Source: Rhynchopus sp. YZ270_cl-10 (taxonomy: Eukaryota). From it: a DNA stretch of 64,000 nt. The translations under genes were made by a program, and so were the position numbers. Location of the stretch: contig OZ037845.1 in the NCBI GenBank assembly GCA_964035575.1, positions 124,001 through 188,000 of the forward strand. The letters are read 5' to 3'. Under the pieces are notes generated by a model. That model did no database searches, was not told where the DNA came from, and worked only from the letters and a program-made list of their open reading frames with translations. Positions within the stretch are counted from its first letter, which is position 1; each line of letters opens with the position of its first letter. Below are positions 37,236-50,314 of the stretch, one piece after another.

Positions 37236-38426
37236 TCAGAACAGATACGGATCGTGCCTGTACGTAGGCTGTGGGCGGACGTCAGCGAGGACATCTGTTA
37301 CGTACTTTTGCTTGTGTTCCGCTGCTGCTGAGGGGAGGACCTGCTGGCGTGCGAAGGCAGACTCGTGGAGGTGTATTCTGTCATAGTTTGTAGCACCGAT
37401 GCGGGTGGGTTGGTCGGGACCTGCAGTCCAGACGAAGTGTTCTGTGTGGAAGGCAAGGAAGCGCATCAGGAGCGAATAGCTTGGGAACAAAGCCTCGGTG
37501 AAGCCTTCAACGTCCTGCAGGCGGGCGAGCAGCTCCCGCTGCGAGAGCGCACCGTTCGCGAGAATGCCCTGCAGACTCTGCTTCAGCTTCTCTTCGTCCT
37601 CACGCTGCTTCAGACAGCGCTGTATGTCGACCCTAAGGATCTCCGCCTTATCACACCCCTGATAACAGATCCGCCCATCCGACCTTTTGATCTGAGGCGA
37701 CAGATCATGCTCCGCAATCTCCGCTTCACTGTAATGAAACAAATGCAACACCTCCGGATGCGCCTTCACAAAGTCCTGCCACGACCCACCATACCCCTTC
37801 CCCACCACACGCTCGTACAGCACACTCTCCTTCGCTTTGTTGTTCAGAACGATGGATCCGATGGACCCGGTGCTTTTATGGATATTAGGGTTTTCCATGA
37901 CAGCGAGGACCTGCTTGATAAGCTCCTTCTCTGCCGGGGGGAAACGGCCGCGTTCAATGGGGGTGTGGGTGACAACGAGTTTGAAGAAGGTGGGTTGTGC
38001 GGAGAGGTAGTGCCCGAAGTGGGAGCTTTCCTGCTGGCTGCGGACGAAGCCGAGGTCGAGGGAGTGTGGTTCGGTGGCGGGCGGGATGACGCACTCCATG
38101 CGTGCGTGGAACTCATACCCTTTGCATGGGTTGTGTGTGGACACGAAAAGAATGTCCAGCCCCAGACCTCCCAGCTCTCCAGTCACATCCATGTCGTCTG
38201 CCACCACAAAAACGCTTTCCGCGCCGTCCCGCTCAGGCAAAGAGCATCGTATCAGCTGCACCCCGTTCAGGAACGCAGACGCGAACCCCACCCGCGCCGC
38301 CTGCGGGTTGCTCTCTGTGGTCTCAGGCTCAATGTACCCCACGCTCTCCAGACCAGAGAGGCTCTCCTGGCCACTCCCACCGGTGGTGGAGGTGACCGAA
38401 CAGCGTTCGTCATGGTCAAATGACAT
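37236..38426 (-). CDS. Hypothetical protein with two putative winged-helix (LOTUS/OST-HTH-like) segments and C-terminal HDPY motif
   Basis: 396-aa ORF with YGGSWQDFVKAHPE and FPSYSLLMRFLAFHTEHF. Ends YRHDPYLF. Paralog of 44881-46089. Confidence 0.8.
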   Translation of the reverse strand: MSFDHDERCSVTSTTGGSGQESLSGLESVGYIEPETTESNPQAARVGFASAFLNGVQLIRCSLPERDGAESVFVVADDMDVTGELGGLGLDILFVSTHNPCKGYEFHARMECVIPPATEPHSLDLGFVRSQQESSHFGHYLSAQPTFFKLVVTHTPIERGRFPPAEKELIKQVLAVMENPNIHKSTGSIGSIVLNNKAKESVLYERVVGKGYGGSWQDFVKAHPEVLHLFHYSEAEIAEHDLSPQIKRSDGRICYQGCDKAEILRVDIQRCLKQREDEEKLKQSLQGILANGALSQRELLARLQDVEGFTEALFPSYSLLMRFLAFHTEHFVWTAGPDQPTRIGATNYDRIHLHESAFARQQVLPSAAAEHKQKYVTDVLADVRPQPTYRHDPYLF

Positions 38427-38924
38427 TCGAAAAGGGGAGAGAAAAAAAGAAAAAACTGCTTTAAAGGATTTGACCCGGAAACCTTAAGGTAGATAGTAGG
38501 GGAAAGGATGGGGGTTGGGGATGTGTGGACGGGGGGAAATGTATCTGAGTGTGGTGATTTTTTTTGGAGAGGAAGGAGGGGAAGCGTTCAGGTGTGTGTT
38601 GCCGGGGGTGGGGGTGTACGCACAGATCAGGAACAGTACCGCAAACAGACACTTCAAAAACTTGAAGATGCTGTTACCACAATGAAGGGGGACGTAAGCA
38701 AGAGGAAGAGAACCTCTGATGAGTCTGAACAGAACATGGGTGTTCCGTATTCCGGGGGTTTTCGGGGGAAAATCGGGTCCGTATTCCACTATTTTTCTTT
38801 GGCTGGGCTTCCCCTTTGGGGGTCAAAAACAGGGTCAAACCACCCCAAAACTGGTCTTATTTGAATTTTTGGTGACCCGAGCGTTCAGCGGTGGTACTAA
38901 AAATTTGGCGTGGCTGCATAACTG

Positions 38925-39168
38925 CACAGTACACAGTACACAGTACACAGTACACAGTACACAGTACACAGTACACAGTACACAGTACACAGTACACAGT
39001 ACACAGTACACAGTACACAGTACACAGTACACAGTACACAGTACACAGTACACAGTACACAGTACACAGTACACAGTACACAGTACACAGTACACAGTAC
39101 ACAGTACACAGTACACAGTACACAGTACACAGTACACAGTACACAGTACACAGTACACAGTGCACAGT
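38925..39168. repeat. (CACAGTA)n heptamer satellite
   Basis: About 35 near-perfect units. Confidence 0.95.
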
Positions 39169-42100
39169 GGAGGAAAGGGGGGTGTCCGCCGGAGGCGAAA
39201 ATTTTATTTGAGGGTTCGTCCCACAAGGAGAAAAATGTCTTTTTTGTGTTGTTTCATTCCATCCCAGTCAACGGCCACCTCGCTCAGTGAAAAAGACCGT
39301 TCTAAAGTCTCTTAGTTACCCTTCTGCTCTTTTTTTTCTTCCCTAAGGGAATCCCTGTAGAAAAAAAAGTGCACGATCCCAAAAGTGGTATTCGTATTCC
39401 GTCTTAGGAACACCCATGGAACAGAACAGCCTTTTTTTTTTTTTTTTTTTTTGTGAGGAGTCAGCACGACACCACTAACACAAAAAAAAAGTCCCTGCAA
39501 TGTGCCGAAGGAACTCCGGGAAAGGGGGAGGTCACGTCTTGGAGTAAATAATTGATGCCTTTTTTTGAGTTGACTATTTGAAATGACAAAAAAAAAACAC
39601 GAAAAAGGAATGGAGAGAGGGTGCCTCTCTCCCGATTTCTCCCCTTTTTGTGACACCGTGGTGCTGTTTTAGCTTATTAATTGGGGGGTTGTAGGAACTG
39701 ATACGCTCCTGTGTGCCTCAAACAGGGGGGTGAGATAGGGGGAGGCAAAAGGAAAAAAAAAACGTTTATAAACTTCTTGTGTTTGGTCACAAAAGTTGCA
39801 AATAAAAAGTAAATAAAAAATGACGTTGAAAAAGTGCCCACGGCCTCGAAGACGTAGCACAACCCTTCAATAAAAAGTGAAGTTGACAGTGCAAACGCTG
39901 AGACGTTGACGCTCCGTGTGTGGGCAAAAAGACCCCTCAAAAAAAAAAATAAACTTCAAGCCAAGAATCATCGGGTGAGTGCTGTTTTCGCAGGGACAGA
40001 ACAAAACGCGCAAACACAGATCCTTTTTCGTCCACACCACTCAACTCTGTAGACTTGGTGCCTCATTCCCTTTGGCATCATCCCTCTTGCACTCGGTGAC
40101 AAGCGGGAAATACAGAACGAGGAATAGTTGAAAAAAATTGAAAGATGAACAAGCCCTACTTCACTCTCGCATCGAATAAAAACACAATAAACGGATAACC
40201 ACCTCCCCTCCTTGTGTGTGCCACACTCGGGGACTGCAAAATAAAATAAAACAAAATAAACACTTGAAAGATGAACGGACCACAGATCACGTGCGCTATT
40301 GCATCTTTCGTTGGGGGAAAAGGGGTGATAGGAGAGGGACGTTGAAAGGTGTGCAACACACACAATACACACGCCCAATGCAGACGCCACTGCACTGAGA
40401 GGAAAAATCAATAATTTTTGAATCAAAAAGGGAGGGAAAGAAGTGCAGTTTTATGCTGGAGACACACAACACACTTCAGGACAAAAACGGGGATTTACAG
40501 GTCTTAAAAAACGCAGAAGTCTTCCCTTTCACTTTTGTTTGCGACAAAAGGTATGAAACGTTTGATTCATATACTTTCAGTTCACAGAATTGAAAGCATT
40601 TGAGACAAAAACTATGAAACGTGCAAAATGTGCACACATCTTCAAACTCCCGGGGGGGGAGGGGTTCACCAAGCGGTGACGAGACTGTCCCACTTCTCTT
40701 TTGAAGATGAAGGGAAGCATTTCGTTGATGGAAATATACCTGATTTAAAGACACAACACAGTGGGAAATATTCCGCTCAGGAAGTACCCATAATTGATTA
40801 GCACACATCTAAACAAGGAGGTTTGGGACAAAGACAATACCCAAAAGGAAAAAAGAAAAAAGAAAAAGAAAACAAAGAAGAATAAGAATCGATAGACAGG
40901 GAAGGGAAGTAAGTAGGTGCATCAAGGCTACACCTTCCACAGTGCAGCAACACACGGAAGGCGACGGCCAAATGATGCATTTAAAAAAAACAAAAAGAAT
41001 ACCAATGCATCAACACCCCTTGGCCCCCGGTTGTTCTATTTTTTTTTTTTTTTTTGATAAATTGTTGGAGTAGTGTAGTTGCCTCGGTTGTGCATTCTCC
41101 ACTGTCCAATTTTTTTTTCCTGTCCAGATTTTTGTTGATAAAACTGATGACAAATTTCAAAAATCTTAAATTCAAATACCTTCAAAGAAAGTATTGAGAA
41201 CATATTTTAAATCGGTGGAGATACCCGAGGATGACACTATTTTTTCTTTTTCTTTTTTCGTCAATGGGAAGAGAGACAGACAGGGACAGAGAACAGCAGA
41301 AGACGCATACTCGAGGGGTACCACAACTGTGGAAAGAAGCACAGTGCGGCAAAAAAAAGAAAAAGAAAAAGAAAAAAGAAAAAAGAAAAAAACCCAAGCT
41401 GCTTAGCCACCTTAAATGGGGGGAAAAGAAAACTTGAAGACGGACGACGGACGTGCCCCACAGGGACTCCATCCATCTCAATGTAAAGCAACATAGAAGA
41501 GCGCTGGGAAGAAGAGACACGAATCACTTTACTGACTCACCTTCACCAAAATACCGCACAACCTGTTCCATTGGGTGAGTACCAAAGAGGGAAAGAAATA
41601 CAGTGATCCAAGAAACATTGAATCGGTAAAACCCTTTTGATGTACCAAAACCCACCTTCGTTGCGCCCCCAGTAAAAAGGCTAAAAGGCCCAACATCCAA
41701 CAAATTTGTTTTCTCGAGGGGGAGGTTGCTTCAGCAAACCAGAAAATCATGTTTTAATGCGAACACTCCTTAAAGTGTGTGGCAGAGAGATGAGACTGTG
41801 AACGCAGGTCCGGCACTTTTTATTTTGAAACGGAAGCGGTAAAGACTCAGGGTAGCTAGGTTTTTATGGATAATGTACATATTAGCAGCATACTTTTTTC
41901 GAGCGTATTTTTCCACTCTCGGATCGCAGGTCGCCTCCGAAAAAAGAACAGTTCGTACGATGACCCCAAGGTTCTCGTGCTTAGTCACCTTTTTTCAAAA
42001 AAAACTTGAAATCAAAACTGTCCCTCTCGTGCACGTACACTGAAGAACAGAAGAAAAGTGGTCACTCAACCACAGGAGTTCAGACCCAAACCCAATCCAA

Positions 42101-43970
42101 AAGAACGCATGATTTCACCGTACACACCCTCCGTTTGAGAAAAATAAAGCAACCATTTGCCCCCCTCCCCCCTCCCCCCTCCAGGTACAGCCATAAGCCG
42201 GGGATCGATCCCCGGGCCAAAATTCCCAGATTTTCCCCCTAACAAACTGCATGGGAAATGCTGCCTTAGCAATATTAGATTTAAGGATCAATTTGAATCC
42301 TGGGCCGGAACACGGATTTGGATTCAGAGGATCCCAATCTTTCCAATAACGGCATTTTCTGGGGGTGGAAAAATACCCTGCTTTCTTGCGAGGGGGTTGG
42401 GTCAAAAAAAAAATAGGCACCCGAACAATCCCTGTGTATACTGTGTATACTGTGTACACTGTGTGCGGAAATTGACCAAAAACGAGAACTTGTCCATTTC
42501 GGCAAATTGACCCCACCACTGGCCGGACGGATTCCGGAAATGCAAATGCAAGTGTTTTCGGTGTGAACTGTGTGTACTCTATGTACTGTGCGCTACCACA
42601 GCACAGGACCTCATAAGCTCTCAGTAGCTCTCACAGGCTCTCACAAGGTTAACACCTTGCGCTTTCAGCGGTGGGTCGCGATTTTTTTCACAGTGTGCAA
42701 ACGAACAGATTTTTGACATTTTTTTACCGTTTTCCTGATTTTTCCTCATAAAACCCCCCCCTAAATTAAGCCGGGGATCGGGGATCGCGGGTTTTGACCC
42801 CCCTAGTTACGGCTACACCTGCCCCCCTCCCCCACACCGCACGCATGCAGTAACCCCACATTCATATTCCCTCACAGAACAGTTTGCCCATATCTGATTT
42901 CGAATGTACACACCACACCCCAAGCCCCAACCCCTGTTCTGCCTTGCTGCCACTGTACGCAGGATTTGATTGATAAAAAAAGAGAAAAACCTCAGCCTCT
43001 CATGCTGGGTCATCGCTAAAAGGGGGAGGTGTGAGGTGAGAACGCCGCCACGGACGCAGGCACCAAGAAAAAAGATGAAACCAACGCTATGGATAGAAGG
43101 GGGGCTTTAGAGAGGGAGAGAGACGACTGTTTTGCCGTTTTGCTGGTTGTGTGGTATTTGAACAAAAAGAGAGAAAAAGGTTGCAAGATGAACTATGATG
43201 AACTTCACACATCTTTCGTCATACTCATCTTTCAACAAAAAAAAGAAAATTCCCAGAGTTATCAAACAGCATCAGATCGTGCAGAAAAGAAAACAAATCA
43301 ATGGTGCTCCGGGGGGGTCGATATTGACAAGGTCCTTGACCCATTTCCGAAAGCACCAAGGAAGTTATTCAAACCCTGAGCTACACAAACGCCACACCTT
43401 ACAAAAAAAATTTTTTGATAGTAACTGTGACAAGAGACCATGTGATCTGTGGTAGGAGAAGAAGGGAAAAATAGGTCGGAACGATGCTTGTGGACTTCGT
43501 TCACTATCCCAAAAATCGCCCTTTTTAAAAGAGAAAAAACTTAACCTCTCATAACCTCTCGTGACGCATATCTAAGGTAAAGAAAAGCTTATGTATAAGC
43601 ATCGTGAGACTCTCTGGGTATGTACAGACAAAGGGGGTTTTGTTGTTGCGATTTTTTTGTACAAAATAGCATCTGACACTGCTTTTTGACCAAACAAAAA
43701 ACCAGGCACCATCTATGGCATTCCATACAATAGACACAACAAAAGAGAAGACAATCAAAACAGTTCTTTGACGAACGACAAAAAGAAAAAGAGAAGGAAG
43801 AAAAAAAAAAGGAGGGGGGTTACAAAGGAAAATCTGGAAAGATGAACCTGAGCCTCTCGTACTCAGTCACCTAACGAAAAAGGGAAAGCAGGAAAACAAG
43901 GAAACAACGGTTTTTTTCCTCAGAAGAAAGATAGGAATACAGGGAACTCTTATGTCCCAGAGAATGATAG

Positions 43971-44001
<31 letters not shown>

Positions 44002-44880
44002 TGTTGATTTTTTTTCTTGATCTGGTGGTAGTGTTTAGCTGCCAAAACAGTCGTTCACTATCCATATATTTTTTATTTTTTTTTGATTGAAGATAATGAC
44101 ATTCAGAGACTAAGGGGGGAGAAAACAACGTCACCCAAAAGGCACTTCTCCCGCGAAGGCGACAGAGAGAACGCCCCCTAATATTTTTTTTGAAAACTTG
44201 GTTGTTTTAGTGTAGACACCCGAAGATGAACTCCACTATATTTTTTTTTTTCGTTTCGTGTATCGAGAAAGACAAGAACGGTCTCTCTCTGTGGCGGTAT
44301 TATATTACCCCCAAAAGGGTTGAGATGAATGTGCATCACGTGCACACATCTTTTAAATATTGAACAAATGAAACCTCCCACCCCACCCCACCACAGCTGA
44401 GAATAAAACTCGGGGACCGGGGACCGGGGACCCGGCTTATTCTCAGCTGTGCACCCCACCACCCCCTTACCTTATTTTTGCTGTTAATCGACAAACCGCC
44501 GAGGTCCTTGTACACAGCGTTCGCCCGCATGGATTGTACTTAAAATATGTGGACTTTCTTCTTTTTATTTTTCTTTTCCTTTTAAATCAATGACCACATC
44601 TTCTTGAAACTATGAGAAAATTTTTATAACCTTGATCAACATTATTTCCCCCCCACCCCTCCGCCCTTAACCAGGGCGGCAAAAAAAACCACACACCCAA
44701 TAACATTTTAATACGACGGGAGCACCTCCCCCCGGGACGTCCTGGGAAAGCTACCACCTTGGACTGAAACCACCACCTTTGATACAACAGGGCAGATACT
44801 ACTGCGGGCTTGCACCAGATCAAGTCTGTGTGCTATCGCTCGGTTGACCTGTTTCATCCGAGCTCCCTTTCAACCCTCTC

Positions 44881-46089
44881 TTAATCAACGTACGGCTCAT
44901 GACGGAAGACAGGGTCGGCGCACATGCCTGAGAGACGCTCTGCTGTGTAGGTAGGGTCCCAGAGGCCACGCTCGTATGCTTCTTCTTGTTCGGGGGAGCC
45001 GAAGTTTTCGATTTGGTGTCTGCGTTCTGCGGTATTGACGCCAATGCGGGTGGGCTGGTCGTTGCCTGCCTCGGACCAGACAAAGGTCTCAGAGTGGCGT
45101 GTCAGGAAACGCATCAACAGCGACTGGCTTGGGAACAACGCATCCGTGAACGGCTTCACCGTCTTCAGCTCCCGCAGCAGGTCCTTCTGCGACAACGACC
45201 CACGCGAAAGGATCTCCAGCAAACAGGACTTCATCTCCTCCTCATCCCGCCTCTGCTTCGCGCACTTCATCCGATCCGCCTCACGCACCGCCTTGAAGTC
45301 CCTATGCGTCACACACAGCCGCGCATCCGACCGTTTGATCTGCGGCGCAAAGTGGTTGTCCATCACATCCTGCTCGCTGTAGTGGAACAGGATGAAGTCC
45401 TCTGGGTGCGCCTTCACAAAGTCCTGCCACGACCCACCATACCCCTTCCCCACCACACGCTCGTACAGCACACTCTCCTTGAGTTTGTTGTTCAGCACGA
45501 TGGATCCGATGGACCCACAGCCGCGGTTCAGGCGGTTGTTCTCGAGGACAGCTTTCACCTCTTTGACCAATTGGTGTTCTGCAGGGCCGAAGCGGCCGTT
45601 CATGACTGGGGTGTGGTGGATGTTGAGTTTGAAGTCAAGTGGCTGCCCGCGGATGTAGTGGCTGAAGTGCGAGCTTTCCTTTGCAGAGCGCAGGAAGCCG
45701 AGGTCGAGGACGAAGGAGGTCCCGTCTTGCATGAAGCACTCAAGGGTTGCGTACCACTCGTAGAGGGGGTCGGGGTTGTGTGTCACGGAAAAGAGCACGT
45801 CGAGGCTGATGCCGCCCACCTCGCCCGTCACGTTCATGTCCTCAGCAGGCATGATCACTGTCGAGTCAGTCCCCATGGAGGGCAGCGTCGTGCGCACCAG
45901 CTGCACGCCGTTCAGGAACACCGACCCGTAGCCAATCAACGGCACCTCGTACAGGTCTTCAACGTGTGACACGTAGGATTCGTCGACAGGGTACATCTCG
46001 TACCCCACGCAGTCTGTGTACCCAACGCTGGTGCTCTCCCGGTAGCTGTTGCTCCCACCAGGGGTGGACGTGTCGTCATTGTCGAACAT
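44881..46089 (-). CDS. Paralog of 37236-38426; C-terminal HEPY motif
   Basis: 402-aa ORF alignable end to end with the 396-aa ORF. Ends FRHEPYVD. Confidence 0.8.
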   Translation of the reverse strand: MFDNDDTSTPGGSNSYRESTSVGYTDCVGYEMYPVDESYVSHVEDLYEVPLIGYGSVFLNGVQLVRTTLPSMGTDSTVIMPAEDMNVTGEVGGISLDVLFSVTHNPDPLYEWYATLECFMQDGTSFVLDLGFLRSAKESSHFSHYIRGQPLDFKLNIHHTPVMNGRFGPAEHQLVKEVKAVLENNRLNRGCGSIGSIVLNNKLKESVLYERVVGKGYGGSWQDFVKAHPEDFILFHYSEQDVMDNHFAPQIKRSDARLCVTHRDFKAVREADRMKCAKQRRDEEEMKSCLLEILSRGSLSQKDLLRELKTVKPFTDALFPSQSLLMRFLTRHSETFVWSEAGNDQPTRIGVNTAERRHQIENFGSPEQEEAYERGLWDPTYTAERLSGMCADPVFRHEPYVD

Positions 46090-46853
46090 CTTCTCCAGAA
46101 TCGATCCGCTTTGCTGTTTTATCCCAATGATCCTGAGGGTGCATGTAGAGGGGGGAAGAGGGAAGAGGAGGAGGGTGCTTGAAAAGAGTTGGCTGAGAAA
46201 TGACTTTATTGAAATAATTTGCTCTCAGGACAATGAGCTGGAGGTCTTTGCTGTGCCCTGAGAGGTGCGAGCCTCAGAAAGCAAAAAGTTTGAAAGAGGG
46301 ACCTAACCCTCTTGTGCTGAGGCACCTTAGGAGTGGGCTCCGATGTGGGCTCCACGAAAATCTAAAGAAACACTGAGTGCAACGACCACCAATAGCCCGC
46401 ACTCAGGGTATGCATCTCGGAGAAAACGGGGCAAACAATGTTGAACAAAATTTTGAATCTCAAACAGCAAAAAAAAACAAACACACATTTCCCAAACAAG
46501 GGTAATGGTAACAAGGACAAGCCAGGTACTATCGGTGAGAACGCTCACAGAAGGCTAGAATCTCGAAGGTGAGTCTAAGGATAACTACGAAAAAAATTAG
46601 ATTCATAAAAAAAAAAAATGAAAGACGAATGTATCTCACACACGTCCAACAGAGGCTAGCGACAAATAACATTAGATGGTGACATTATAAAACGCGTAGT
46701 AGAACCGAGGGCATGCACAGGTCTCTGTACTGCTCCTCGGCGTTGCAACGCAAAAAGGGGCTCATAGCCCCTTACCTACTCGCAATTATTCACGAGACTT
46801 TTTGAAAACTCGGCCTGGGACCTGAGCTGGACACCCACAACAAAAGACCTTTT

Positions 46854-47740
46854 TCACATGACAGAGCAGCGCTCCCACCAGGGCTGTGGGGCAGTCTTCT
46901 TCTTGCACTTTACGCAGCGGCCCTTCACAATCTTTTTGCATTTGCAGGGCCTGGACGGCTTCACAGGAGGCTGGGGTTGTGCCGCACCCTCCTCCTTGCC
47001 GGGCACTACTACGTCGACCTCACTGGTCTTCAGACCCCCCGGCGGGTGCTGAGGGTCTGGAGAGACATCATTTTCCTTTGGAGGCTGTACAGGCTGTGCA
47101 GGCTGTGCAGGAGTACGCACCACACCACTGCGCTTATCCCTGACCTGCCGCACGACCTCATGGAACACCTCTGTAATGTTGATGTTGTCCTTCGCAGACG
47201 ACTCGAGAAAGGGAACCACCACTTTGCCCTCTGCAGACCACGCAGCGGCAAGCGCCGCACCCTCCTTCGCAAACACACGTCTGTCCGCTGCGGCCATGTC
47301 GCATTTGTTCCCAACAAGCACTATGGGCACATGCCCCTCGCCACGCTCATGAAGCACATCGCTCCGCAGCATCTCAAGCTCCTGGAAGCTGGTCCTGTCC
47401 GCAATGCTGTACACAGCGACGACGGCCTCTGCCTTCTGGTAGTACTCCGCACGGAGCGATTTGTACTCCTCCTGGCCAGCGGTGTCAACGATGTACAGGA
47501 TGGCAGGCTCGCCGTCGACCACCTCCTGCTTCTTGTACTCCTCTATGATCGAGGGGTCGTAGTCCACCACACGGTTCTGTCGAGAGTAGGTGATGGATGG
47601 TGTGGGTGGTGTGGGTGGTGCATGCGGCACACAACTATGGGGGTACGGATACATACCTGCACGAATCTCACCGATATAGCGCTCTTCCCAACACCCCCAG
47701 ACCCAATGAGCACCAATTTTATTTTCGCCGTTTCTTCCAT
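46854..47740 (-). CDS. Ras-family small GTPase; exons 47740-47657 and 47576-46854
   Basis: GSGGVGKS, YDPSI, DTAGQEE, GNKCD, ESSAK, and CaaX box CSVM. 80-nt GTATGT...CAG intron. Confidence 0.92.
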
Positions 47741-48978
47741 TGTGCTGGGGTACCCGATGAGTGTGTCTGCAAGAGTGGTGGCTTTGCGTGGTTTGAGGGT
47801 GAATGGAGTAAAACGTTTTCGGGTCTTTCTTTTTGCTTTTTTTACTTGGTTTTGGTTTTTTACTTTCCTCGCTTCGTACTGCTGTGGCAGCTCCACGAGG
47901 AAAGCCAGATATCCATGATATCTGTGATGCCGTTTCTCTCCTTTTGGGAGTGTCTTGCCATTACGGAGACACCTAACCATTTTCCCCCACGACGGCCTTT
48001 TCACTGTGTGTGGAGCCTTTCCACCCTCAGGTAGACCTTCATAGAGTTTCAGGAGGAAGTGCCACAAAAGGGCCTTCCGATGCATTTCAAAGGTCCAGCC
48101 CAGGACTTTAAAAAAAATTTTTTTAAAAGAGAATGTGGGTACATTCTATGCACCGTATGTCGCTCCCGACTAAGAATTTTATGCACGTTGTGTAAAAGAA
48201 CGTTGTTGCACAGCGGCTCGGATTGCAAAGAAAAACTTGAATGAGGTTGAATGAAGAAGGAAAAGCGCCGTAAACACACCTCCACCGCACTGGGAATGAC
48301 CCAAATGTGGCGAGGATAGTAGCTGTACGAATTCTCTGCAGATGACGTCACCTTCACAACAAGGGCTGACCCACGATGTGGTTCACAACCTCTGAGATAA
48401 ATGCTGTGTGGGCAATCACCTCACTATTGTAACGCACAACAAAAAAAAAAAAAAAACCATACATCAATGGTGCTCCGGAAAGGGTCGATATGACAGGTCG
48501 TTGATAGGAAAGCACCAATCAACCTCGCTGTTTGCGCGACGCTCCATAAATGCAGTACTCCGTATTTAGGAACGACTCGGACTCTGGATACCAAACACAA
48601 ACCAAAAACTGAACATAGTAACAACAACGTAGAAAACCTTGAAGCAGATCACACACAAGAGGAAGCATCACTTCAGTGATCACTTTAACTTTTTTATTTT
48701 CAAAAGAGACCTTGAAAGTGCAAACGCCTCACAAATAAAAAAGATTCTTTTTGAGTTGGATGATATTTGGTACGAGAAATAATGGAGGGTGGTGAGGGCC
48801 TCGGTGAAAGAATGTGAAATCGACAACCTACGGACACCTCTTAGTGAATTTGATAATGTGAAGTCGACAACACACCTCGAGTCGGATACAGGTACGTAAA
48901 ACAAAAGAAAAGAAAAGTTGGAAGTGCAAACGCCTCACCGTTCATCGGCGGACGCAGGCAGGGAACGAAAAGAAAATT

Positions 48979-49062
48979 TTATAAGATTACCCTAAGCCTC
49001 TCGTGCTTCGTCACCTAAAGAAACATGACTTCAAATACAAAGCCCTCTCGTGACGGCGTACC
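48979..49062 (-). repeat. Adjacent copies of dispersed GAGA-tetraloop hairpin families A and C (representative locus; family D just upstream at 48920-48960)
   Basis: Plus strand ATAAGATTACCCTAAGCCTCTCGTGCTTCGTCACCT, then TGACTTCAAATACAAAGCCCTCTCGTGACGGCGTACC. Confidence 0.75.
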
Positions 49063-50314
49063 CGGAAAGGAAAAGGGAAAATAAAAACCAAAACAAACCA
49101 AAAACAAACCATATCAAAAACAAACTAGATTCACGTACTTTCAAATTCAGAGGAGAACAATGAGGTTGATCAGGGGCGGATGGAGGGGGCAAAATCAGGT
49201 CAGGCTGACCGGATTTTGCCCTGTTCGTACCACGTAAAAAATTCCGTCAGAGATAAAATATTGAACTTTTTTATTGCCCTACGGACGGTGGATGTGAGGT
49301 CACCATGAGCAAATTGTCTTGCCAACAACGGCAGAAAGAGAAGGAAGAATAAAAAAAGGTCAGAAGTAACGTGTCGTGCCTGCGATGCACCTTCTCTTCT
49401 GTGGCTGCAGTAACTCTATTGTTGCCTGGCTGCAATGTACTCACACGAAACAACACAAATGGGACGTGCAGCATTTCTGAAGAAAACACAGAAAGGTCGA
49501 CAGACACTCGCTTATCTACACCAACGACAGCGTTACCCCAGAAGAGGCACGACTGTCAACACAGTACTGCAAGGCACGCAGGGCACCTTGCAATATATCC
49601 TTTTTTTCAAACAGAACTTTTTCCAGCAATGGCTACTCGCAAAGTAGTGTTCAAGAACAACGCGGCTTTCTATTACAGTACTCCAAATATGGCGTAAAAA
49701 AAGTCGCCAAAATTGCCAAAAATCCAAATCTGTCAAAACTTATTTGGACGCCATTCTATTTGGAATACTGTTACATGTTGGGGTTGAGTGACGAAAGAGA
49801 ATAGAGAAGGAAAGTTGTAGAAGATGGCCCTAGCCTCACGTTGGTGAGGTCGCCTTGTAAACAAACACAAAAGGGAGGGAAAATCCCAAGGAAAGAAACG
49901 TTTGCAAGATGCCTAAGACTCTCATGGTGTATCATCTTAGGCAGAAGTGTGTAACAATAGATTCAAGGTGAGGGTAAGAAAGAAGACTTGCAAGATAATG
50001 AATGCACCTCTGTGGACACATCTTACGAAAGGAGTGGGGAAACAAACGTAGCCAAATCCAAATATGACATGAAATACAAAGCCCTCTCGACAGTGTACCA
50101 AAGACTCGAAGACAAATCCAAAGACAAGACAAAGACGCACAAACCCCAAGAACAAAACACCCCCCCATCCCGCACAATATGCTCCACTTGCTTGAACACA
50201 AAGAGTAACACTCGATACCAAAAACACGATAATAATTTCACACACACACAAGAACGAAGGCGACACATCGCAATACAAACACCTGGACACACAAGAACCC
50301 CACTGTCCACCACC

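Noticed and set aside
38710..38750. CTGATGA hammerhead-like cores (also minus strand near 10150)
   Set aside because: No correctly placed GAAA or stems I/III could be found by eye.
43849..43866. Minus-strand AGTACGAGAGG identical to the rRNA sarcin-ricin loop core
   Set aside because: The flanks are a family-A hairpin, not LSU rRNA. Only the GAGA tetraloop context is shared.
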